From positions 960,001-1,024,000 of the forward strand of contig OZ253580.1 of the NCBI GenBank assembly GCA_965263035.1: DNA of 64,000 nt. The letters run 5' to 3'. A program made the position numbers and the translations under genes. Positions 40,685 through 50,497 of this stretch are shown in pieces (position 1 is the stretch's first letter; each line of letters starts with the position of its first letter). The notes beneath the pieces were generated by a model that saw only the letters and a program-made list of their open reading frames with translations, had not been told where the DNA came from and searched no databases. Source of the stretch: Acidobacteriota bacterium (GTDB lineage Bacteria > Acidobacteriota > UBA6911 > RPQK01 > JAJDTT01).

Positions 40685-40722
40685 GGGTGGGGCGAGTGAG
40701 CGGCTCGCCCCACCCTTTTTTT
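40685..40722 (+). terminator. Rho-independent terminator after the TonB-dependent receptor gene
   Basis: 12-bp stem GGGTGGGGCGAG/CTCGCCCCACCC, 7-nt loop, T7 tail. Confidence 0.9.
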
Positions 40723-40787
40723 CGACCAATTCCTTCCGCGGCGGCAGGAAAACAGTCCCGGCTGAAGACTCAGAAAACAGCGGGCGA

Positions 40788-42044
40788 TTGAGTCCAGGCA
40801 AACACATATCATCGATGCAAACCCACCCCGGTTGGCGCGCAACCACGCTTGTCTCTCTTCTGATGCTCACCGCGATTCCGCTGTACGGCGAACGCTTTCA
40901 ACTAAAGGGATTGGAAGGAGAGATCAGCCTTCCAGCGGTGGTCGCGCGGGATAAGGGATTTCTCTGGCGGCCCACGCTGGCCAATCTGGGTGGGGGCGAA
41001 CTGGTGATGGCCATCAACGTCCAATCAGACATCTACCAGCCCTTCAACGTCATGCATCTGACTCGCAGCACGGATCGCGGACATAGCTGGGGCAGACGCT
41101 GGCCGGTCGCGCAGGCGGGTTGGGTGGCGGGTTGGGCCAGGAAGGGTGAGGCGTTTTTTCTTCCTTACGACGCGGTTTACTTCCTGGACAGCGAGCACAA
41201 GGATTTCACAGGTTCTTTGATCGTGCTACGTGCCCGCTCGAATCAGGTGGTGACGGAACTGGGAGCGGTGCGTGTCACCGGCGTTCCTCGCCGGATTCAC
41301 CAGATGACTTATGGTCAGCCCTACATGTACTTCTGGGGCAACGTCATTACTTTGGCCGATGGCACCCTGGCCACAACGATTTTTGGGGGCTGGGCCGGAG
41401 ATCCTCCGCGCCATCCCAAGACCACCTCTCCCCGGCTGAGTTTGATGATGGTCCGATCGGCCGACGGAGGGAGAGAGTGGTCGGTACAGGGGCTGGTGGC
41501 CCGCGGTGAAGACGTCCCTCAGGGGGCGGAGGGTGCCGCCGAAGCCTCGCTGGCGAAGCTCGAAAACGGGGATCTGCTTTGCGTATTTCGAGTGGGTGTT
41601 CCCTCTCCTTATCACCGCAGCGTCAGCCGCGATCATGGCCGGACCTGGAGCCGTCCTAAAGCATTGCCGGAAGGGACGGGCTCGGTCAACCCGCGCCTGA
41701 CGCGTCTTTCCAACGGCGTCCTCGCGTTAGCCGGAGGGCGGCCCGGACTTTTTCTCTGGCTCTGTTCGGATGGCCGGGGAGAGCAGTGGCACTCCATCGA
41801 CCTGCAGGCGCACCACAACCGGAATCACCCGGCCAAGCCGATTGATCCAGGCGGAGCTCCCCGCACCAGCTCGGCCTATATGGACATGATCGAGCTGGAA
41901 CCCAGCATGATTTTCCTGGTTTACGATCGTATCCCCGGGGGTTGGAAGGGTGTTCCGGGGGACTCCCCGGAGTGGAATGAAATCTACGCTGTTCGAATCA
42001 AGGTGAGTCGTGCGGCTCGAGTAGAGTCAGAAGGGACACGTTGA
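40788..42044 (+). CDS. Asp-box sialidase-like beta-propeller, secreted
   Basis: Signal peptide; STDRGHSW, SADGGREW, SRDHGRTW; the start may be ATG 40815. Confidence 0.85.
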   Translation: MSPGKHISSMQTHPGWRATTLVSLLMLTAIPLYGERFQLKGLEGEISLPAVVARDKGFLWRPTLANLGGGELVMAINVQSDIYQPFNVMHLTRSTDRGHSWGRRWPVAQAGWVAGWARKGEAFFLPYDAVYFLDSEHKDFTGSLIVLRARSNQVVTELGAVRVTGVPRRIHQMTYGQPYMYFWGNVITLADGTLATTIFGGWAGDPPRHPKTTSPRLSLMMVRSADGGREWSVQGLVARGEDVPQGAEGAAEASLAKLENGDLLCVFRVGVPSPYHRSVSRDHGRTWSRPKALPEGTGSVNPRLTRLSNGVLALAGGRPGLFLWLCSDGRGEQWHSIDLQAHHNRNHPAKPIDPGGAPRTSSAYMDMIELEPSMIFLVYDRIPGGWKGVPGDSPEWNEIYAVRIKVSRAARVESEGTR

Positions 42045-42089
42045 TGATCCAGCCTTCTCTGCGATGTCGGTGACGTGCCGACCCTTCAC

Positions 42090-43475
42090 TTACATTACGA
42101 CCACTTCTCTCACTTTGATCGCCTTGCGCCGCCGGCCCTGGCCGTCCAGATGGCGGAAGTCCGAATACGCGACCAGGAAACGATCCGCACCGGTGATGAC
42201 GACGTCAGTGTTGCTGCAGCTGATTTTCCCGCTCAAGTCCCACCGATCCTCAGGGGACATCGCCAGCAGCTCCGCCTCGGCTGGCCCCACCAGGGAGAGA
42301 GCGCCGCTCCAAGTCCGGCCGCTGTCCGCCGAGGCCCGGACGTGCACTCCGGGTCGGCCGTAGACCACCGCCACCGCCCCGTTTTCCAGCCGGCGAAGAT
42401 GCGGAGTGACACTGAACGCAGCCAGCCGGCGGGGGGGCGTCCAGGTGCGGCCGCCATCGGAAGAGCGCGCCGCCGCCAGATAGTTACTGGCCCTGGGATC
42501 GCCACCCAGTTGCGTCCGCATGACGCACAGCAAGTCACCACTGGGCATGCGCTCGATCGATTGCTCACCACAGCCGTATCCGAAGGTCGCCAGGCCGGCC
42601 TGGTCGGCAATGGTCCCACGGACTTGCCAGCTTCGCCCTCCATCGCTCGAGGCCAGGCACTGAACCCGAAAAAATGTCCTTGCAAAGCGTGGATCTTGCG
42701 TCGAGTGGGCCCAGAGAAGAGTGCCGTCCGCCAGAGCCAGGACCACCTTGGGCCAGTCCGGCGGTCGGAAAATACTGCCAGTCTGATAATAAGGGCTGAC
42801 TCTCACCACTCGTGGCAAATCATGCCACTCCCCGGCGGCATCTTTCGCCTCGACCAGGACACCCAACAGCATGTCCGAAGGCTCAACGGTGCCGTACTCG
42901 TTTTGCCAGGGAGCGTCGCGTCCGGCACGTGCTGTCAGGGGAAATCGACGGATCCGCTGGGGGAGATCGGCGTAGCGATAGTAGGAGAAAACCTGGACAT
43001 CCCAGGCGTCTCGAAAGGTCATGACCGGGTTCAAACCCAGTTCGTCAAGGGAGATCTCTTCTCGATTCCGGTGACCGTAGCTGGAGTAATGATAGACGTA
43101 CTTCTCAGTACCGAAGGCGACCTGCTCTCCGGTCGGCAGCGTCACGATATCGGGCGAGAAATCAACTTGATCCTCGGGGATCGGCTGCCAGGACTGGCCC
43201 TCATCCCGGGAGACGAAAAGCTTTGTCGGCTGATGTACGCCGACTTCCGCATCTTCCCCCACGTTCATCGCCAAGTAGATCTGGCCGCCACGGCCCCGCC
43301 ACATATCGGGGAATTGGTAAAAACCCCAGCGCTTTTCGCCGGGCGGGCTCACGGCCACGATCACCGGCTCGCCGAGCGTCACTTCCGGAACGGCGGAAAC
43401 TCTTTCCGATTCCCCTGCGTCCTGCGTGCAACTGCCCAAAGCGCACAGGAGAATCAGGACACCCGTTTTTGCCAC
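42090..43475 (-). CDS. Asp-box beta-propeller lipoprotein (SCSNT subfamily)
   Basis: GTG start with LGSC lipobox; SRDEGQSW, SSDGGRSW, SSDGGRTW, SADSGRTW; paralogue of 58894-60348. Confidence 0.85.
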   Translation of the reverse strand: MAKTGVLILLCALGSCTQDAGESERVSAVPEVTLGEPVIVAVSPPGEKRWGFYQFPDMWRGRGGQIYLAMNVGEDAEVGVHQPTKLFVSRDEGQSWQPIPEDQVDFSPDIVTLPTGEQVAFGTEKYVYHYSSYGHRNREEISLDELGLNPVMTFRDAWDVQVFSYYRYADLPQRIRRFPLTARAGRDAPWQNEYGTVEPSDMLLGVLVEAKDAAGEWHDLPRVVRVSPYYQTGSIFRPPDWPKVVLALADGTLLWAHSTQDPRFARTFFRVQCLASSDGGRSWQVRGTIADQAGLATFGYGCGEQSIERMPSGDLLCVMRTQLGGDPRASNYLAAARSSDGGRTWTPPRRLAAFSVTPHLRRLENGAVAVVYGRPGVHVRASADSGRTWSGALSLVGPAEAELLAMSPEDRWDLSGKISCSNTDVVITGADRFLVAYSDFRHLDGQGRRRKAIKVREVVVM

Positions 43476-43634
43476 CTCTTTGCCCCTTGCTCCTCTGTAC
43501 TCGGTTTCCAACGCCGGAAGCGGTCCGCTCAACTCTTCTCTCCCATCCTCATCGGAGGGCCGGCAGGCCCACCCTCAGTCCGGCAATTCGGCAAAGCAGC
43601 TTCCCGCTTCTCGCACGCCAAGCGTGAGGGGCAT

Positions 43635-44065
43635 CGGGTTTTCACCCGGGATAACCGTTCCATCGACGATTTCCAAGGCCTCGCGAATCGCCCGTTCGCG
43701 AACGCCCCCTGGGCAATCAGCCATCCCTTCTGATTCTAACCCTGTAAGGGTTGGGGCCTCTCCTTTCGGGGGGGTGCGCGATGGCGGCGTGGTTCTCGCG
43801 TCCCGCAGCACCTACAGGGATGGCTTCTCGATCCTTCCCCCTAGCCCAGGGTTCGGAAGCCCTGGGCTATAAAACACAAACCCGTTGGGGTCGGCTTCCC
43901 TCCTTGATTCACAGCTCAAGGCGTCGGCACCACCTCCACCGATCTTCTCTCAGCGTCCCCAGACTTGCTCTTGGATTGCACAACTTGATCGGTTTGTGAA
44001 CTTTGCGCCGACCATGGAGCCCTGGATGTACCCGCGCCCATGGAGGCAGGGAAGGAAAAGCATGG
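43635..44065 (-). other. Cluster of inverted repeats (REP-like or structured RNA candidate)
   Basis: Perfect stems 43719-43728/43816-43825 and 43842-43851/43860-43869; GAAA-loop hairpins on the minus strand; 12-bp palindrome at 43693-43704. Confidence 0.5.
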
Positions 44066-44079
44066 GAGGCGATCCACCT

Positions 44080-45732
44080 TCAGGGGCGGGACGCCCACTG
44101 CGGCAAAGCCTTCACCTGAAACTCCTCCTCTGCCTCGACCTCCTGTCCCTTGATCCGGTCCCGGACCTGGACGGACAGCCGGAAGCGACCCGGTTTCAAA
44201 TCCTGCAGAGGGAGGCCCTTGATCAACACCAGCCGTTGCGGGGAGAAGAGCTGGATGGACTCACCCGCCTCGTCCACCCTCTCCAACAGCGTCTCCGCAC
44301 CGCGGGTGATCCTGTAGCTCGCCCGGATCAAGGGCTCCTGTGTGCTCTGGTCTACGCCCACGTTGTAGACCTGCAGATAGACGCCCAGGGGTCCCGGAGC
44401 CAGGAAGTCCCTGTCGAGCCGGGGCCGGATCTTCACGTCTCCGAGCACGAACATCTCATGCCTGGGGATCTCCTGTAGCGGCGAGATCTTGTCGGAGAGA
44501 ATCAGGGAGCTGGCCCTCAGATCCTCCCCTCCATAGCGTGGGGGGACGATGGCCTGACGCACCCATCCCATGCGCCCACTGTGCAGATCTTTGACCACCA
44601 AGTCCAATCGGTAGCGCATCTTCCCGTTCAGGGTCAGGATCTTCTGGTAGTTGGAACTGGACTCCAGTTTCCGGGGAAGGACCTCAGGACGGTAGGACTG
44701 GAAGAGCTCGTCATCGAACTCTTCCACAATTCGCTTGGTGATACTGGTGACGATTCCGTAGACCGCGATCCTGGCCACATGGGAGCCGTTTTCCTGAGCG
44801 AAGCTCAACTCCCGATTGTCCAGCTCCAGCGTGACCGGGACCAGAACCTGCTCGTCGTTGAGTTTAAAGCAGTCCTGCTGGAAGCGGACCGGAAGCGTCT
44901 GGTACCTTACCTTTATATCGACCAGTTCTTTCAGGTCCCGATACTTGATCTCCCGAGGAGCCTGGATCCTGGCATAGGTTTCGTAGCGGGCAAATGGACT
45001 GTCCTTGGCCCGGCGCGTCATCAGAGGATAGGACTCGCGGTTGCCCGGAGAGAAGAACGGACGCTGGGCCTTGGTGGTCAGTCCCAGTTCCTCGGCCACC
45101 GTCAGACCGGCGCCGGGCACGCGCAGAAGGGCGTCCTTCTCTTCGGGATAAAGGCTGAGCCGATACTCGCCGGTGAGGGTGACATCAACGAACTCCAGCT
45201 CCAGGTCCTGTCCCAGGCCCGGGATGTGCAGGTAGCGCCAGACTTCGTAGGGAAAGGTGTTGGTGGAGCCCCCTCCTTCGTGCATGGGACGGCGGTACAT
45301 GCCCCCGGAGGGGTGGGACTCCACGTCGTCCGGCGCGCCGTGGATCACGTAGATCCGCCCCCGGTCCGTCTGCCAACCCGGCCTGCCGCTGCCGAACCTC
45401 TCGTTGACGAAGGCGAGGCGCCGGTAGTGCTCTTCCTTGACCTCGTTGGCGCTCGTTCTCATGTCCGGGTCCCGCCGGTACCAGAACTGCTGGATGAACT
45501 TCTCCTTCTCCTCGGGTGTGGTCAGACGCTGGAAGACATCCCTCTCCTCTTCCGTGATGATGTAGACCACGTCTTCCCTGAGCCATTTTCGGAAATAATC
45601 TTCTCTTTCCTCCCGCCGGGCGGCTTCCTCCCCCTCCTGGACCAGCGTGCGTCCCCAGGACGGGACGGCAGCCAGCCAGAAGACGGACACAGCAGCAACC
45701 AGCAGGAAGTTAGAGAGAGGCTTCGTCGCCAT
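44080..45732 (-). CDS. GWxTD domain-containing protein
   Basis: Signal peptide; KWLREDVVYIIT.EE, FWYRRDP, EEHYRR, PGWQTDRGRIYVIHG. Confidence 0.92.
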   Translation of the reverse strand: MATKPLSNFLLVAAVSVFWLAAVPSWGRTLVQEGEEAARREEREDYFRKWLREDVVYIITEEERDVFQRLTTPEEKEKFIQQFWYRRDPDMRTSANEVKEEHYRRLAFVNERFGSGRPGWQTDRGRIYVIHGAPDDVESHPSGGMYRRPMHEGGGSTNTFPYEVWRYLHIPGLGQDLELEFVDVTLTGEYRLSLYPEEKDALLRVPGAGLTVAEELGLTTKAQRPFFSPGNRESYPLMTRRAKDSPFARYETYARIQAPREIKYRDLKELVDIKVRYQTLPVRFQQDCFKLNDEQVLVPVTLELDNRELSFAQENGSHVARIAVYGIVTSITKRIVEEFDDELFQSYRPEVLPRKLESSSNYQKILTLNGKMRYRLDLVVKDLHSGRMGWVRQAIVPPRYGGEDLRASSLILSDKISPLQEIPRHEMFVLGDVKIRPRLDRDFLAPGPLGVYLQVYNVGVDQSTQEPLIRASYRITRGAETLLERVDEAGESIQLFSPQRLVLIKGLPLQDLKPGRFRLSVQVRDRIKGQEVEAEEEFQVKALPQWASRP

Positions 45733-45839
45733 TCTTCCTCCCACAAGAAGAGATCCGAGATGTGGGAATCGAGTTGTGGACATCTTACCCCAGTGGGGAG
45801 TCCATGTCACCGTGAACCGTCGTCCGGAAGCGGCGGCGG

Positions 45840-46838
45840 TTACCCCTCCTGGCTCAGGTCGATCGGATTGGACCAGGCACGGCCGTCCTCGCCATCCCAC
45901 AGCTCGACCCTGACGTAACAGCCTACGACTCGAGGCCGCTGCCAGTAGCCCCGATCCAAAAATCGCTCGGTCATCTCTGCAACCTTGCCGGGAGTGGCCA
46001 GGGCCGAAAGCGGTGCCCGGGCCTCCTTGAGGTAGCCACCCGACGGCGCCACCCGACGGACACCCAGCCAGGGTGATGAGGCGAACCAGACCGAACGAAC
46101 GGGCGTGGTCTTCACCCGGATCTCGCCGTCCCCTACTGTGATCTCCTCGATTCGAGGTCCCGTCGTGGAGTAGAAGCGGCCCTGCCGGATGGCCTCCAAG
46201 ATTTCGGCGGAAGTCCGAGTCCGAGCCCAGACCATGATCCAGGCTTCCGCCTGATCACGGAAAGGCTGCCGGCCCAGGGGAGCAAAGGTCAGCTCGGGAC
46301 GGACTCCGCTGTGGCGATCGTCACTGGCCACGCCCCAGAGCTTACGCCCCCCGGCCAGCAATTCGTCCCACTGGGCTGTGGAATCTCCACGGCGCCCGTT
46401 CCAGTGGTTAGGTGCATTGAAGATCTCGATTCCCACGAGACCACTCAATCGGGAGATGGCGGCGGAAGAAACACCACTGAGGGAGGGATGGGAGAGGAAG
46501 GGGACTCCACCTTGCTGCAGCACTTCATCGATGACTCGCTGCGGGCTTGCCATTTGGCTCGCCATCCGGCGGATTCCCAGGGCCAGGACCTCGGCCGGAA
46601 AGGTCTCCTGCCATGAGACCCCGATCTCGGCACCCGGCAGGACGAGGATCTCGCGGGATGGGTGCCCGCTGACATCGGTGACCAAGTTGTGGTCGGTGAC
46701 GAAAAGGAAATCATACTCCTGGCGAGCGTACCACTCCGCCAGTTCGCTTAGGCTGAAGAGACCGTCCGAATTGGTGGTGTGACTGTGGACGTTGCCCCGG
46801 TACCACTGGCCTGAGCCCTCAATTAGATGAATCGGCAT
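45840..46838 (-). CDS. PHP-domain metallohydrolase (CehA/McbA-like)
   Basis: WYRGNVHSHTTNSDG, FVTDHN, SHP, IEIFN, ASDDRH, GRFYSTTGP, AWSNPI. Confidence 0.88.
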   Translation of the reverse strand: MPIHLIEGSGQWYRGNVHSHTTNSDGLFSLSELAEWYARQEYDFLFVTDHNLVTDVSGHPSREILVLPGAEIGVSWQETFPAEVLALGIRRMASQMASPQRVIDEVLQQGGVPFLSHPSLSGVSSAAISRLSGLVGIEIFNAPNHWNGRRGDSTAQWDELLAGGRKLWGVASDDRHSGVRPELTFAPLGRQPFRDQAEAWIMVWARTRTSAEILEAIRQGRFYSTTGPRIEEITVGDGEIRVKTTPVRSVWFASSPWLGVRRVAPSGGYLKEARAPLSALATPGKVAEMTERFLDRGYWQRPRVVGCYVRVELWDGEDGRAWSNPIDLSQEG

Positions 46839-47128
46839 TTCCTAAAACCACCTGCTTCCGAGCTGCCAACCCTTCCCGGCTTGACTTGGTTTCTCAGGCG
46901 CAACCTCCTCCGAGATGGTCCGGCCTAACGCTGCGGGCTCAACCCGCCGCCACCTTCTGAGGCCTCTTCCCGGGTCGGCGGCAGGTGGGGATGTTGCTGC
47001 TGCAAAGGATTATTTACTATTGAGGACGCGCGGCACAAGTGGCGGGGCGCGGTTGAGGTGGCCTCCAGCGCCGGTGGGTACAGGGCCGGGCCCACCCCGC
47101 TGCCCGTAGCTGAGCAAAACAGCTACCG

Positions 47129-47275
47129 GTCTGCTTGGCGGGCCTGGTTGTGGCCGCCATGTCCAGTCTCGATTCCGGCATCAACTCCATCTCCAACGTC
47201 TTCATCGTGGATTTTCTGGGCCGCTACCGGAAGCGCCCTCCCAGCCAGCGTCACGAAGTCTCCACGGATCGCTAA
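47129..47275 (+). pseudogene. Remnant (~150 bp) of a sodium:solute symporter gene
   Basis: Hand translation VCLAGLVVAAMSSLDSGINSISNVFIVDFLGRYRK; AAMSSLDSGINS...VDF is a characteristic SSS-family helix motif; no start codon. Confidence 0.7.
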
Positions 47276-47397
47276 GCGAGCGCCCGGAGCGGGCAAGATT
47301 TTGCTCTCCGTGAGTGCAACTGGCTGGACAATCGTCGCCTGCAGTCCCCCTCCGAAAAGCCTGCAACCTGCGACGTGCAACTCTTCCAAGTTTCAGC

Positions 47398-48543
47398 TCA
47401 GTCCCCTTCCAGCCTCAACCGACAGTACCGCGCATGGGTGTCGCCGGACTGCGTGCACCAGAAGCTGGCCATAAGCTCATTCGCGGTCAGGCCGATGATC
47501 TGGGGAGCCCCGTAGGCGATGACGTCATGACTGCTGGGATATCGGTCGGTCCGGGGAACGCCCAGCGCCTCCTTGCCGTAGGCGTCCCAGACCACCACCG
47601 GATCCTGGCTCCAGGTCTCTCCCCCATCCTCGGAGAAGATGAGCTTGATGCCGGGTTGGTCCGTGTTCTCCCGGTGAGAATAGACCAAAACCAGCCGACC
47701 CGCGCCCATCTCTACCAGCCCACTGGTCTGTCCCAGGATTTTCGACGCTCGAGGACGGCTCCAGTTCCGCCCCGACGCGTCCAGCGAGGTCACGAAATGG
47801 AGATCGAAGAACTGGGTCATTTGCAGGTTTCCGGTCCAGAGAGAGCCCAACAGCCGCCCATTGGACAAGCGGATGAAGCTCCCGTGGGAATAGGAGCGGT
47901 CTACGGCGGTCCCATCGGCCACGTCCACCCAGTCGCCCCAACTCTTTCCGGCGTCGCTGGAGAAAAGGGCGAAGGTCTTATTCAGGTGAGGGCCGGCATT
48001 GTCGTAGGACTTCCAGGTCTCGAAGATCTGCATCCAGTTCCCGTCTTCCAGTTCGATGGCGGGACCGTCGGCCGCCGGCTCCAGTCCGGAAGGCAGGGAC
48101 GGCAAGCTGGCCGGCGGCGCGTCGGACCAGGTCCTGCCCCCGTCGAAGGAGCGGAGATAGAGGGTTTGGCAGTGGCTGATGCCACCAGTTTCCTGGTTGA
48201 AATAGAAATGGTCCGGGTCGGAATGCTCCGCTCGATTCACCTTCATCACCAAGCTGCCGTCGTGGAGCGCCGTGATCTGGGCGCCCCGGTAATTGTAGTG
48301 GCTGTCGTCGCGGGAGCCGTCGCGAATGGGACCCTCGTGGTCCCACGTCTTTCCTCCGTCGCTCGACCGGAGCTGGTGAATCATCCCGTCGCGGGAGTAC
48401 ATGGCCTGGCCATGCCGGAAGACGCAGATCAATTCCTCCCCCGAGAGCGGCTGCACGAAAGGAGCGTAGGCGATGACGGCTCGGTGACCCGGATGGGGGT
48501 TACGGTACAGGACACCTTGATCCAAGATTCTGAGAGCATTCAT
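47398..48543 (-). CDS. Asp-box sialidase-like beta-propeller without signal peptide
   Basis: SSDGGKTW, SFDGGRTW, SSDAGKSW, SEDGGETW. Confidence 0.85.
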   Translation of the reverse strand: MNALRILDQGVLYRNPHPGHRAVIAYAPFVQPLSGEELICVFRHGQAMYSRDGMIHQLRSSDGGKTWDHEGPIRDGSRDDSHYNYRGAQITALHDGSLVMKVNRAEHSDPDHFYFNQETGGISHCQTLYLRSFDGGRTWSDAPPASLPSLPSGLEPAADGPAIELEDGNWMQIFETWKSYDNAGPHLNKTFALFSSDAGKSWGDWVDVADGTAVDRSYSHGSFIRLSNGRLLGSLWTGNLQMTQFFDLHFVTSLDASGRNWSRPRASKILGQTSGLVEMGAGRLVLVYSHRENTDQPGIKLIFSEDGGETWSQDPVVVWDAYGKEALGVPRTDRYPSSHDVIAYGAPQIIGLTANELMASFWCTQSGDTHARYCRLRLEGD

Positions 48544-48643
48544 GGTGGTCTTAATTACCTCATCTTGATCTCGCCGTTACTGGCCGGGGAACCCTTCGCC
48601 GGCCAGTACCGGGTTTGTGAGTAGGCGGTCAGGGGATATGACA

Positions 48644-50497
48644 TCAACTGTAGCCGATTCGGATACGAACATCTACGATCTGTACGGGCATGGTGGGGTC
48701 ACCCTGCATGGGAGGCTCGACACTCACCCGAAGCGTGTTCGTGCCCTTTTTCAAGTTCTGCGGATCGATCTTGAATTCAACCCAGCCTGCTTCATCTACC
48801 CAACCGATGCCGTACCCTCCGTAGCGTTTGACGTTCGCTTCTGCGGGCTCGGAAAGGGAGATCCCGTTGAGCTCCCACTTGAATCGCCGGGGGTCCGTTC
48901 CCTCGGCCCGCTCAAGGTCCCAACTCGCAATGGCCGGAGGGCGCGTCGAATCGGCGGTACTGTATTGGGCTTGCACAAAAACTTCCGACGCGCGGGTTGG
49001 ATCATCGGCGATCTTCAACTGGAAGGCGGCGTCTGCCGGACCCGACTGGGTGGTAAAAGCCCGGGGGAGCTGGCTGGCCAAGCACCCGTCGGCCAGGCAG
49101 CCGAGCCGGGCGTAGCCGGGGTCAATCCGGTAGAGCTTGTTCCGCCGGACCAATGCTTTCGAGTCTTCTATCGAAGGCATCCTGCCGTAATCTGCGGGGT
49201 TGGTGGGGCCGTGGTGAGTGTGCCAGTCATAGAGACAGATGCCGTCGGCCCCCGCCTCCCAGAAGCGGTAGCTGGCGGCGTCAACGGCTTCGTAGTTGGA
49301 AGCCAAGCCTCCTTCCATTTCAGGGTCCCGAACGTCCCACTTGGGCCGTCCGGTCTGAAATGGTACGTAAATGCGATCCAGACATCCGTAAACAGGGATG
49401 TCATAGCGGTGGCCCAGGGCGACCCATTCTTCGATTGGTATCGTGAACGGCATCCCGCCGGAGCCAGCCAGCAGAAGATCGATCCACCCTTTCCGAGCCC
49501 ACGTCTCCGGGTCCAAACCCAGAGACAGCGAAAGCTCCAGCGAATCGGGCGTGCGCCCGCTGGCTAACAAGACGGGTCGGCCGCGCCGTTCTCCATAGTA
49601 ATCCAGACGCTGGCGCACCTGGTGGACAAAGTCATTCATCACGGAAACATTGCGCCGTTCCTGCCCTACCTTGAAGAAACCGTAATGACGGGCCCAGTCC
49701 AATTCCACACCGTCCAGGTCATAGCGCTCGCAGGCGCCTTCAATCACTCGCAGGTAACGGGCCCTGACTTCGGCACGAGCCCAATCATAACCGCCCCAGA
49801 ACCACAGATCGCGCGAAGCCACGCCCTCTCGTTGAAAAACGTCCTTCAGAGGGTGCACTGCTTCCGATTGCCTGAGAAGCTGCCGCTCCTTCTCGGGGTC
49901 ATACAGCTTCGTCTTCCAACGCTGTTCCTCGATGGGCATGAATCGATTCAGCCAGGGGACAATCTTTTCCTCCCAGTGGGTTCGTGAGATATAGCCAAGT
50001 AAGAGCTCAGGATTGGCCAACTTGAAGGAGGACCAGTATCCGGCTTTCGGAGCGTAGCGCGAGCAGTGCACATCGTTCATGCGTATGGAGTAAAAGAACT
50101 CCTTCTGATGTTTACGGGCGAAGTCGACTACATGCTGGACCGGATTCGGCCCCAGCACTTCAATGTATTTTTTCGGGAACTCCCAATCCGGCTCATTAGT
50201 GTGGGCGCAATAGAGGATGGTCTCGACGGACGTGCCTTGCAGGAATCCTAAAGTACCGCCCCAGAACTGCTCGACCGATTCCAGCGGAATGGGCCATTTT
50301 CCGCCAGCGTAAGCAATGGACTGGATGTCACTGCCATCGTTGTTCCAGATGATAGGGCGCCTTTGCTGTCTCGCCTTCGTTCTCTTGCGAACGATCTCCG
50401 GCTGCAAAAATCGACTCCCTCGAGCTCCCGGTAAAGGCGTAGAGGCCCAAAGACCAACCCCCCCGATTCCCTTCAGAAAGGCCCTTCGATTTTTCAT
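48644..50497 (-). CDS. Tat-exported DUF187/GHL10-like putative glycoside hydrolase, paralogue 3
   Basis: MKNRRAFL Tat signal; WNNDGSD, IRMNDVH, DGVELDWARH, DGICLYDWHTHHGP; GGAGG SD. Confidence 0.75.
   Translation of the reverse strand: MKNRRAFLKGIGGVGLWASTPLPGARGSRFLQPEIVRKRTKARQQRRPIIWNNDGSDIQSIAYAGGKWPIPLESVEQFWGGTLGFLQGTSVETILYCAHTNEPDWEFPKKYIEVLGPNPVQHVVDFARKHQKEFFYSIRMNDVHCSRYAPKAGYWSSFKLANPELLLGYISRTHWEEKIVPWLNRFMPIEEQRWKTKLYDPEKERQLLRQSEAVHPLKDVFQREGVASRDLWFWGGYDWARAEVRARYLRVIEGACERYDLDGVELDWARHYGFFKVGQERRNVSVMNDFVHQVRQRLDYYGERRGRPVLLASGRTPDSLELSLSLGLDPETWARKGWIDLLLAGSGGMPFTIPIEEWVALGHRYDIPVYGCLDRIYVPFQTGRPKWDVRDPEMEGGLASNYEAVDAASYRFWEAGADGICLYDWHTHHGPTNPADYGRMPSIEDSKALVRRNKLYRIDPGYARLGCLADGCLASQLPRAFTTQSGPADAAFQLKIADDPTRASEVFVQAQYSTADSTRPPAIASWDLERAEGTDPRRFKWELNGISLSEPAEANVKRYGGYGIGWVDEAGWVEFKIDPQNLKKGTNTLRVSVEPPMQGDPTMPVQIVDVRIRIGYS

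Noticed and set aside
42075-43733. Long antisense ORFs (also 44581-45918, 29423-31081, 16480-18018, 47314-48624, 33725-34669, 24297-25349)
   Set aside because: They shadow well-supported genes on the opposite strand, have no motifs, and are expected from GC-rich codon bias.
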